DNA of 64,000 bases from Albugo candida (lineage: Eukaryota), in assembly GCA_040437565.1 (NCBI GenBank), contig JBDOQK010000001.1, positions 992,001-1,056,000 of the forward strand, written 5' to 3'. Below the pieces are notes generated by a model that was not told the DNA's origin, ran no database searches, and was given only the letters and a program-made list of their open reading frames with translations. The position numbers and the translations under genes are program-made. Positions 13,745 through 25,031 of the stretch are shown in pieces (the first letter of the stretch is position 1; the number at the start of each line of letters is the position of its first letter).

Positions 13745-16700
13745 TCACATGTTTCGTTGTCTTCGTTTGGGTCGTTGTCGACCCGTCGGACGTATCGCTT
13801 CTGCCGAACTCGGAAGACGCAATGCTTGCGGCGTGGTGGCGTTTTCAGAATGCATGGGCCAATGCTCCTTCTCTTCTTCTGGCTCTTGGCTAGCACGTCC
13901 GCTGGAACCGGCTGAACTCTGCAACACCTCAATCAAACGATCGCGCTACATCACAAATGAGACTCCCTGTTGATCGCTTTCAGTATCACAACCAACCTGT
14001 TCGATTTCCTGTTCATACTTTGCTGCAAATCGCTTAAATTTACTTCGTGATCGCTCCAATTGCTATTTCATTAGATCTGAGAATTATCCATCATCTGATT
14101 CTGATTCGTACCTGAATAGTGGAATCTTGTCGATGCAATTGCTCCTCCAATTCTTTGCACTTTTCCTGTGCCTTCAACAGCGCACAAATCGGTAAAAGCA
14201 CTGGAGACTTTTCTGTACCATCTGTTCTTTCCGACCGCGTCCCAGTCATCCCCAATTCGGCGCTTTCAGCGCTGTCAGGTGTCATATATAGATCTGCCAC
14301 TAGCATATCGGGTGAGCACCTCCGGCCTTCTGCGCTTCCGTACACACTCTCAAGCTCACGTGCAAGCACATCTCTCTGCTCCTTCATAGCTGTCAATTCA
14401 GCCTCTTTTTCAGCCAACTTCTGACGTACTAAAGTCGCCACACCTTCCAATTTCGCATTTCGAACTTGTTCCATCTGAATCTGATCTCGAAAACGTTTAC
14501 TTTCCAATTGGAACGATCCAATTTTCGCTTCCATTTGGACGATTTTCTGAGCAGAAGCTGCACGTTGAGCTTCCGCACCATACCTTTGTGCCGATATCTC
14601 TGTCGAAATGGATCGTTGCGTCGTCACAGCTCCCTCCAACGCCAATTCTCGCGCTCGTGCACCCGCTAACGCTTCTTCCTTTTCACGTAATTGATCTGTT
14701 AAGTGTGATATCTGATCCCGATAAGTTGTTATTTCCAACTGATAATTCGAACTCTTAACTCCCTCGGCCTCTTTCCCTCGCTCCATTTCCTCAATCCGCT
14801 TCCTCAAAGCCTCATTTACACTCGTGAGTTCCTCATTTATTCGACTCATTTCATTTCGGCCAATTTGAACGCCTTCCAATTGCTTCGCTACCGATCGTAA
14901 CGTACTTTCCAAATCATCGCGTTCAACCTCGAGACCGTCACGCAGTCGTTCCACCATTTGAATCCGCTGTTTGAGCTGTACTGCTCGCTCTTCCATTTGT
15001 CCGAGCTGTACCCTCATCATCGAGCACTCTTCACTCACATTCTGATTCTCTGAGGTCATATTCTCTAAATCGGTCAATAACGCTTTTCTCTCATGAATCT
15101 CAAGCAGACGTTCTTGTTCCAATCGATCAATCTCAACTCTCCCTTTGCGGACCGCTGATTCCATCTCCACGAGCCGATTTTCCGTTTGCTCCATTCGATC
15201 CTCAAGAGATCGTTTCTGATTCAGTGTCTGATTCAACTCACCCAATTCCATAGCGTGCTGTTCATGCATCTTTTTCTCGGCAGTTTCCATGCCGGCAATC
15301 TTCTCCATCAATGTATCCATCTGATCGTGCAGAGAGTCATTCTCTTGCTCGATAGCCTCGAGAGATTGTCGGGCGCATGACAACTCACTCAAAAGCGTCG
15401 AGGACGTCTCCTCATGAGTACGTGATCGACCGCGAGCTTCTTCGAGCTGAAGACGCACACGTTCCAATTCCCGCTCCACCTGACCGACATGAGCATCAGC
15501 CTCATCACGTGATGATTGCATCCGATCCAAAAGCGCTTTGCTCTGTTCAAGACTTGAGGCTTTTTCCAATAACAACTCATCTTTCTCGGCATTTCGACTT
15601 TGAGTCTCAAGCAAAAGAGCTTCGATCCGATTGTGAGATTGACGCGCTTGTGAGAGCTCTTCTTCCAACAAGACAATTCGCTTTTGGGCGCTTTGATGCT
15701 CACGTTTCTCGCGATCCATCTGAGTCTCCATTTCGTGGAATTGACTCGATACAAACTTGAGACGATTCTGCGCTTCCTGAAGCTGTTGTGTCATTTCCAG
15801 CGACTTGGTACGATCCATAGCTGCTTGATGATGCGTCCATCCGAGCTGTTTGCATTCCATATCGCTTGTAAGCTGTTCGTATTGGGTTTCGAGATACTGA
15901 GCGCGTTGGAGAGCAGAACGAAGTTCCAAGCTGCTTTTCTCATACTTGTTCATCCATTCTTCCTTTTCACGTTGAGCTAGAGTTTGATTCTGCTCCAACA
16001 AAGCGATTTCTTTCTGGAATCGAAGTAGTTCCTCTTGGAGACGACGATCTGTCTGTTTCGATGCGTCCAAACGAGCACACAACTGAGTATTCTCGTCGCG
16101 AAGACTTTCAGATTGTTTTCGTAGCGATACAACTTCCGACTCGAGACGGATGGATGCGGTTTCCAGTGCTTCGACGCGACTTGCGTCCGGTTTGGACACA
16201 CGAAGAAGAGCGTTTTCATTCTGAAGTGTTTCGATCTCTGTCAATTGGACACGAATAAGAGCCATTTTATCCTCCAGTGCGTGTTGTGCTTGTTCTCGTT
16301 CGAGCTGAAGCATTCGATTTGATTCCTCGAGTTTTTTCAGCTCCATCTCAACAACTTGCGTCTCCAATTTGCTCTCTTGAATGCGTTTCTCAGCCTCAAC
16401 GAGATCTTCCATCAGTTTTTGACGTTGTTGCCGATTCTGCTCGCGTTCCTGTTGTAGCCATTTGCGTTCTTGTGCGATTAAACTGCGATATCGATGGCCC
16501 GGCGCTGCGTCGTCCTCCATTTTCGCGTGAGCATTATCTCGTTCTCGGATCAGACGTTCCATTTCTCCGTCCCGAGACGCCAGAACGCGATTTAGACGCT
16601 GTGTTTCCTGGTCTCGATCGTTGAGAACAGTGTCCATGGAACGTAATTCCCGATGCAAGCTCACATTCTTCTCACTTTCCAGACGTAATTGTTCCTCAAC

Positions 16701-18334
16701 AGCGCTCAGATTCGATCGTGTGAGCTCCAATTCCCGCGTTTGACTCAAGTATGACGTCTGTAGCTCAGAGAGTTGCTGTTGTAAGCGATTCTGTTGCGAT
16801 TGAAGCGCCTGAGCTTGTGCTTTTGTTTGTGACAAATCACTCAGTAACACGCGATTATGAGCCATTGCATTGTTCAGTGCGTTAGTGTATGAGATCTTAT
16901 CATAATGACATGCGCGGAGAGCGTCTTCCAAGCGATTTTTCTGCTGAATGAGTTGCTCCATTTCGGGAGTCGTTGCCTCAGGATCGGTCTCTTGCTCACG
17001 TGTCAGCATCAATTCATCTCGTTCTTGTTGCGTTGAAAGAAGCTTGCCCTGCAGCTCTTCATTCTCACGCTGAAGCTCCTCGCAAAGCTGCTGGAATCGA
17101 CGTAATTCAGTTGATAATTCTTCTTGGACACGCAAACGACCCGAAACTTGAGCGAGTTTTGCTTCATACTTTGCCGTTTGATCCGTCAGAAAATCGATAT
17201 GTGCGTTCAATTGTTCGACTTGGACGTCATCCTCTTTAATCGCTGAGGTTGATTCTGTGTTTGTGGGAAGGGAGGCAAGCTGTTGGGGAGTGGTATGATG
17301 TCGTTCTGTGGACATCTTACTCGCCAGACGCTTTATTTCGAGGTCGCGAGCTTGGAGCTGAGCTTGGAGGAGATCGCAGTGCTTTTGGAGTGCTGTGTGG
17401 TCTTTTGTGAGCGTTTGCACGCTATTTTCAAGCTGGGCAATCAGCTGACGCTTCTTGTCGTTGGAATGAAGCAATTGAGGCGATTTTGGCTTTGTTTCGG
17501 GAAGAAAAGCTTCACCTGTGATTTCGATCCGCTTCGATAAAAAGCGTTAAAATGGCCAAAAAAGAGGGAAAATGGTACCGGAGGGAGCGGAGGGATCTCT
17601 GCCGTTTGTAAGGCTTCTGTTTGGAGCAAAATTTCCATTTTGTTGCGCAGATTTTCGATAGTTTGATCCTACAAAACGCCTCAGTTTGTATTTTGGGCCA
17701 TTTACGTCGTACTTTATCGCGCAATTGCGCAATCAATTGGTTGTTTGTGAAGAGGAGATGTTTAACTTCATCTCTGGCGCTTTGTACATTCAAATGACAC
17801 GCATTTTCGCGCTCTGAAAGGCTTTCTTCCTGCTGTATGAGCTCTAAATGAAGCTTTCGAGGATGTGAATACCGATCAAGATACCGGTAACTAACGGTAC
17901 GAACACTGTTATTTTCTTGAATCAAATTGGTGTTTTCTTGCTGCAGAAAGGAGAGCATTTGACGTTGTTGCTCGCACTCGCGATTAAAGGCGATGGTGGA
18001 GGTCTCTAAAGACGAATTACGCTCCGTAATGTGAACGATATCGGTGAGTAGATGATGGACGAGCGGTACGCTGTCAAAACTGAGCGGCTACAGGAGAAAT
18101 TAGACGAGCAAACGTGATCTTAGAAGAACGTTTATGACGTACTTCTGTGTACTCCATAGCTCGTAACTGATTCTGAACGCTTGCCATGTCATTGGATAGT
18201 GTCTGTAAGACATTCTCTTTCGTGTGTTGTGAGGAGAATGTGGCAGAGGAAGGAGATCGCGGCGATACATTTTCCATTGAATCGCGTTGCGAAAAGCGTA
18301 GACCCGTGCTGTCGGTACTACCGGTACTACTCAT
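13745..18334 (-). CDS. CEP135: CEP135/BLD10-like centriolar coiled-coil protein (multi-exon)
   Basis: Spliced N-terminus LRAMEYTE|PLSFDSVPLVHHLLTDIVHITE...QQENTNLIQENN.LHLELI matches the conserved CEP135 N-terminal motif, followed by >1100 aa of coiled coil; last exons end ...RQRNM* at 13745; start codon uncertain. Confidence 0.75.
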
Positions 18335-18965
18335 GCTAGACGATATACCGATACTGCAAAAGACCGGTACCATACCGGTTCAGCTTTCATGGCGGAAGGA
18401 AACGCACTCAAAGAATTCGACGCATTACGCGCTAAAAAAACCGAATTGGAGGATGAAATCGCATCAATTACCAAAGAATTAACANNNNNNNNNNNNNNNN
18501 NNNNNNNNNNNNNNNNNNNNNNNNNNNNNNNNNNNNNNNNNNNNNNNNNNNNNNNNNNNNNNNNNNNNNNNNNNNNNNNNNNNNAAAGACGAATTACGCT
18601 CCGTAATGTGAACGATATCGGTGAGTAGATGATGGACGAGCGGTACGCTGTCAAAACTGAGCGGCTACAGGAGAAATTAGACGAGCAAACGTGATCTTAG
18701 AAGAACGTTTATGACGTACTTCTGTGTACTCCATAGCTCGTAACTGATTCTGAACGCTTGCCATGTCATTGGATAGTGTCTGTAAGACATTCTCTTTCGT
18801 GTGTTGTGAGGAGAATGTGGCAGAGGAAGGAGATCGCGGCGATACATTTTCCATTGAATCGCGTTGCGAAAAGCGTAGACCCGTGCTGTCGGTACTACCG
18901 GTACTACTCATGCTAGACGATATACCGATACTGCAAAAGACCGGTACCATACCGGTTCAGCTTTC

Positions 18966-19727
18966 ATGGCGGAAGGAAACGCACTCAAAGAATTCGACGC
19001 ATTACGCGCTAAAAAAACCGAATTGGAGGATGAAATCGCATCAATTACCAAAGAATTAACAGCCGGACCGATGGCTGTAGGCATAAAGGGCCCTCTCGTC
19101 GACTCTGAAGGCTTTCCCCGCGCTGATATCGACATATACACCGTACGACATCAGCGACATCGATTGGCAACACTCCAAACAGATCACTTGTCCACAATGC
19201 GTCGAATCGAAACACTTCTCCCAATGTACCTCCACAATCTCTCCATTTTTTTATTCTAACGACACGCTGTAGTCTTTTACATCCACAAACTCCAAATACC
19301 TTTTCGGAAAAACCCGCCAACACTTCGCGCGCTTTGCCAAAGACACGCGCCAAACCATTCGCAAGCATCCAATCCGTCGAACAAAGTTGAGATATATTTC
19401 CATATATGTGATAAAGCATACGCTAATGCTGTCATCCCATAAGACTCACCAGCAGCGAGCGCCGGACTCGAGCCAAATGACCTGATCGTTCGATTTGGAA
19501 GCGCAGATGCAAGCAATCATCGGAATCTCGCAGCCATTCGGGATATCGTTTCGCATCACCTCAACCAGCCCATTGCAATTGAGATACTTCGTCATTCAAA
19601 CACGGAAACCGAATCATTGAAACTCATTCATTTAGAATTGATTCCACAGCGATGGAGTGGGAACGGAACGCTTGGATGTCAATTTGCGGCTTCATCAAAC
19701 TCGCACATTCTTTCCGTCGGAAATTAA
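18966..19727 (+). CDS. PSMD9: 26S proteasome assembly chaperone Nas2/p27 (3 exons); 5' end also duplicated at 18389-18484
   Basis: Nas2 N-domain PLVDSEGFPRADIDIYTVRHQRH and PDZ region KPFASIQSV..SPAASAGL..NDLIVRFG...PQRWSGNGTLGC; stop TAA at 19725-19727. Confidence 0.92.
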
Positions 19728-22632
19728 AGTCTCATGCGCTTTGATTTTTGTTTGTAATTCGATAATTTGCTTTTCCAATTCTCGAATTTGACGTTTCTGT
19801 GAAAACAATTCACTTTCTTGGGCGCCGACAATCGATTGGAGATGCTTTATATCGGAATTCTGTACGGCTTCGAACATTTCCGCTTGCACGAAACTCGCAT
19901 ATCGTTCGAATTTCATCCGATAATCGCGATTCCCGCTTTCCTCCGTTTTCAATTCGTTTTTGAATGTGACAATCTTTTCGCAATATCGATCCATCCCGTA
20001 CGGACTCGACATGGAACGCTTCACAGGCGACATATCCGAACAAATTGTCTGCTTGGCGACTTCATTCTTTTTGGAATTGTTGGTGAACGATTCGACCAGA
20101 AAACCGACCACAATTGGTAACAAGATGTTACTCACAAGAATACGAAATCCAAAGAAGAAAACGATCGTTCTGTCCGACTGAGTGATCGCATGAGCCGCAT
20201 CCATCACCATCGTCCATCCTGACAACGTCGCCACGTTGAAAAGTGTCACTAAAGTCTCATGGAACGTCTCCATTTGGAACTCGGAACGCACTTTGAACCA
20301 CGCTTTTGCTTGTGATTGCATGGATTTCGTGAATGATTGAGACAGAGCTTCGCCATAAAACGCTTGCATGAAGATACCACACGCATATGTGACGCTAAAT
20401 ACCACCAAAAACAGCTGAAACATGAGCGGGAAAATACGATGCATTGTATCGAGGATCTCTCGGAATGGATGGATGAGATTCAGTAACTTGAGCACACGGA
20501 GCGATCGAATCGCTAATGCCAAATCGTAAAAAATGAGTGAGATATGGGGCGGATCTCGAAACGATGTGATCCCGTAGAAAATCCATCCGACAAATGCAAT
20601 GCCAAAATCCAAGCGACAAAATGGACGATGGAAAAAGTCTCTGCCGAAAGCGTACATTTTCAATGCGATTTCAGCGGTGAAAAGCCATAAAAGAGCTTCG
20701 CCAATCGATCTCCAAATCTTATTGACTGAGAATGCGAGCTCGATATTGTTCACTTGAACGGCTTGAACGATCGAGAGAGCGATTATAACACCAACAATGC
20801 ATTCCGCGAGAACCACTGGATACTTGTCGAAAAGATTGATCTGATACAATAAAAGTGATCGCACTCGGGCTCGTGTGTGATGTCCAAAGAATGGAATGGC
20901 CCATCTCGATAGAAATCGAAGTTGATTGACATTGTGATCATTGTTTTTTTCCATTTGAACACTCAGAAACGAACAGAGCTCATAAAAGTCGTCTTGCTCG
21001 AGATAGCCGACTTGAGAGACATCGATAGTGTTGAAAATCAGTGTCATTTCCACCTCTGTCCATTTCGGTCGGAGATGGCCACAGACACGGATCCAATTTT
21101 TCAAAGATAAGTGACGTGATGGCGGATTCGATCGGTGCAACGATCCATTCCTCTGTGTGTATTGAGTGTCGATATCCTCGGACAAGACTCCAAATGCAGC
21201 ATCCATCGCCGCCTTCCGCTTTTGCAATCGCTTAAACAACATCTCTTCGGTGTACTTTCGATACGATCGATACGAAACAGCGATGGAGAGCTTGGCGAGG
21301 AAGTAATTTGTCAGTAGAACCACAATAATGAAAAATACGGCGCTCCATTCCGTTTGGATATAGTATGGGTACATACTCTGGACCAAGTATGGAGGGCTGT
21401 GATGGATTAACAGGACGGTGTACATGGAGCTGGATAAAGACGCAAAGTATGGCGCTTGGACTTGATCGCTGAGATCTGAGAAGAGAAGGAAAGCTACCAA
21501 TCCAAAGAACGCCAAGACGCAAAATAAGAGTAATAACACGATCAACACTTTTTGAACGGCTCGGAGACAACTCCCAAAGATAATCCGAAGGTTCCGTCGA
21601 CGTGTTATAAGGAAAAACGGACGAAATGCGCGTGAGAAGCGATAAGGATTCCATTCGGGAACAATTATATACGCAAATATGTCCATAATAGTGACGCAGA
21701 GCATTAGGATCCGTACGTAGGCCCACGGCTGACGAGAGATAAATCTCTTTTTGGTCGTCTTGGAGCTCACAAACCAGCGAATATATACATCCAAACTGAA
21801 AAGGAAGACGCAAATGATATCGACCCAGAAGAAGGGATAGTCGATATATCCTGCGGCACGGGTTGGCTTCTCGAAAAATGCCAATGAACACGATATACAC
21901 CCAATGATAGTGTATACCAGACGGTATACACTAGAATGGAAGAGGTCGTGCATGTATAGTGCCGGTACATCTAACCGGTAACCGAGTTTGCGCGCGTGAA
22001 GAGCGTCGCGGATGAACGAAGCGGCAATGAGATCTTTGTCGGCTTTTGATTGCACGGGAGGGGCGGAGTGGGGTTGTTTAACACATGATAGAGCAAATTC
22101 ATGTTGAACCTCACGTGCCATATCTTTTGCAGTGCTGTTTTCTTCGTTTAGTTCGTTTAAACGCCTCCATTTCCTTTGATTCTNNNNNNNNNNNNNNNNN
22201 NNNNNNNNNNNNNNNNNNNNNNNNNNNNNNNNNNNNNNNNNNNNNNNNNNNNNNNNNNNNNNNNNNNNNNNNNNNNNNNNNNNCGGCTTTTGATTGCACG
22301 GGAGGGGCGGAGTGGGGTTGTTTAACACATGATAGAGCAAATTCATGTTGAACCTCACGTGCCATATCTTTTGCAGTGCTGTTTTCTTCGTTTAGTTCGT
22401 TTAAACGCCTCCATTTCCTTTGATTCTCTAAGACGACCACATCAAATCGAATTTTGAATTGACTGATTGAGGGTTTAGACACCAAATTAGGATTAGTGCC
22501 TGGAGGATCAGAATGCTCCATTGGGAAATAAGAAGGAGCAATAGCGGTGTGATAGGGTGGTAACAAGGGCGTGGATTCTTGTACCTGACGCTTACTACGA
22601 TTCGTCACGGGATCCCATGATGATTGCGTCAT
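19695..22632 (-). CDS. Two-pore channel (TPC)-like cation channel
   Basis: Two 6TM repeats (S4-like SRAFRPFFLI and IRSLRVLKLL), EF-hand-like linker IDVSQVGYLEQDDF, N-terminal acidic dileucine ESTPLL, C-terminal coiled coil; contains gap-flanking duplication 22040-22427. Confidence 0.85.
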
Positions 22633-22683
22633 TCAGGAGACAAGCAAATTATGTGGGTTGGACACTAAAATTGGAAGCGTTGT

Positions 22684-22725
22684 TTAGCCAATCCTATTGC
22701 GTTAGAAGATGCCTCTTAGCCAATC
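22684..22725. promoter_or_regulatory. Two identical TTAGCCAATC CCAAT boxes, 32 bp apart, in the divergent TPC/HSP10 intergenic
   Basis: Copies at 22684-22693 and 22716-22725. Confidence 0.55.
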
Positions 22726-22872
22726 ATATGATAGAGTCACGTACCGCTTGTCTCAATCAATGCCACGGCGATAAACCCCTCTTACGCTCTTGCATAACGA
22801 TTCTTCTATCAGCACGCAAAAAGTCTCCCGCTGATGATTATGATGGACTAATTGGATTGCTTTCTACTTCCA

Positions 22873-22892
22873 TAAACGTTCTCGAACAATCG
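22873..22892. promoter_or_regulatory. Putative heat-shock element upstream of HSP10
   Basis: tAAAc-gTTCt-cGAAc-aATCg: alternating nGAAn/nTTCn units, two perfect and two with one mismatch. Confidence 0.45.
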
Positions 22893-23126
22893 AAGTTGTT
22901 TTAAACAGTTTGCAACCTTATATGGATACACTTACATTTACTATAGCNNNNNNNNNNNNNNNNNNNNNNNNNNNNNNNNNNNNNNNNNNNNNNNNNNNNN
23001 NNNNNNNNNNNNNNNNNNNNNNNNNNNNNNNNNNNNNNNNNNNNNNNATGGATACACTTACATTTACTATAGCAGATACCAAACATGACTCTGTTTTATA
23101 CAAAGCCACTGGAAGCCAACAAACAT

Positions 23127-23141
23127 TCATTCCTCAACATT
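23127..23141 (+). promoter_or_regulatory. Oomycete Inr/FPR-like core promoter of HSP10
   Basis: TCATTCCTCAACATT shortly upstream of ATG 23164. Confidence 0.5.
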
Positions 23142-23163
23142 CCCAAAGGAAACATCAACTGAA

Positions 23164-23577
23164 ATGGTATGAAAGCTCTATTTGCTATGCAAAGGCGTCA
23201 ACTAATTGTACCATTCAGTCCTCTTTAGTACGAAAACTGATCCCATTTAGCAACCGCGTCCTTGTGAAACGTGGAGAAGTGATCGCAAAGGTACTGCTTT
23301 ACCCCTCCTTTTTCTTCCGTCCTATCCATTACATTCAATCTTCTATTAGACTGCCGGAGGAGTGTATCTACCAGATGCGGATTCCCAGAAACAGAATGAA
23401 GGTGAAGTGGTTGCCGTAGGACCCGGTGCACGCGCAAACGATGGAAAGCTGATCCCAACGCAATGTGCTGTCGGAGACAAAGTATTGCTTCCGGAATACG
23501 GTGGAAGTCTGGTCAAATTGGACGGAGACGAATTCCACTTATTCAGAGACGAAGACATTCTTGGAAAGCTGCACTGA
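23164..23577 (+). CDS. HSP10: 10-kDa chaperonin (GroES/Cpn10); coding exons 23164-23166, 23219-23290, 23350-23577
   Basis: Spliced product MSSLVRKLIPFSNRVLVKR..AKTAGGVYLP..EGEVVAVGPG..VGDKVLLPEYGG..LFRDEDILG. Confidence 0.95.
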
Positions 23578-23585
23578 ATGTATTT

Positions 23586-24975
23586 TTAAGAATTAGATAC
23601 GAAAATATTTCCGAAAATGGCGCTGTTTAAAATTGGCTTTCCCTTCACAAAAATTTCACTGATTGCACGGTCGTCACCAAGAAAGAGGAATTGCTGGAAG
23701 CGATCCAAGACGCTGGCAGAGGTCGCATTTTTTGAATGAAAATCAATAACAAGAGCGTCAAAGTCCTTGCCAATGTCGAAACTTCCAATTTTGTCACCGA
23801 TTCCAAGCACTTGGGCACCACCCAAAGTTGCCAGGAAAAAAGCTTCCTCATACGACAGCGTCTTGTAGACGTTATCGGTTTGCATTGCAGTCACTTTGGA
23901 AGCAATAATGCTTTGACGGATAGCGTCGAGCATGGATGGAGCGTATCCTCCTGCTATATCCGTCCCGAGCCCGACTTTTACACCAGCATCTAATAGCTGT
24001 CGCACATTCAAAATTCCACTCTCCAACGAGAAATTCGAGTTTGGACAATGAATCACTCCGCTTTGACGCTGTACAAGAAGCTGTCGCTCTTCAGACGTGC
24101 ACCAAATACAATGAGCCATGTACGATCTTTCGTGCAACAATCCGTGGCAATCGTACACTTGGGTGTAAGAGCTACAATCTGGATGCAATTTTCTCACCCA
24201 TTCTACTTCTTTGAGATTCTCATTCAGATGCGATTGGACACGTAGCGGTGGATTGTATTCTCTCGACAAATTGCCCAATGCGATCATCAGCTTTGACGAA
24301 GTGCTCGGAACGAATCGTGGAGTGATAACAGGCGCCAGCAAATCGTTCTTCTTCTCCATTACGTACTTGACAAAGTCTCTTGTGGATCGTATGGATTCCT
24401 CAGTGTCTTCTGTCAGTTGCTCGCTTGCATTACGGTCCATATTCACCTTCCCAATGAATGCTCGCTGCCCACAGTCCTCAATCACATCCGTAAGCACTTT
24501 GCAAGCTTCTAAATGGATCGTACCAAAATATGAGCAGGTTGTTGTACCCGCTCGCAAAAGCTTTTTCACACATTCGGAATACATTCGACGTGCATACTCG
24601 ATATCTTTGAATGCTTCTTCACACGGGAACGTGTATTCTTGAAGCCATTCTAATAAGGGGAGATGCATTCCAGTGCCAGCAAACACGTACTGAGGCGCGT
24701 GTGCGTGACCATCGACGAAGCCTGGGATTAAAAGTCGGTTTCCTAGATCGAGCAGCTAGTACGCGTAATGTTAACTGAATGTTGTTTGTGTGATAAACGA
24801 TGTTTACCTTTGTGTAATGAGGTTGCGAGTGTTGACGATACTCTACGAGAAATTCGATTGTGCCTCCGGCATTGATGCCAATCAATCCAGGTGAATAGAC
24901 TCGAAGCTGACCTAATGCTACGCAATGGATGATATTGCATTTCAAAGCGGTAATTTCGGTATATTCAGATCCCAT
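23586..24975 (-). CDS. GDA: Guanine deaminase (amidohydrolase superfamily), 2 exons
   Basis: IPGFVDGHAHAPQY, PLLEWLQEYTFP, TPRFVP, QSHLNEN, HCPNSN, GLGTDIAGG, FLGDDR motifs. Confidence 0.93.
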
Positions 24976-25031
24976 TGAATTGACACGATTCAATACTGAG
25001 TTGGCGTCTCAATTCATCCAATTCATCAATC

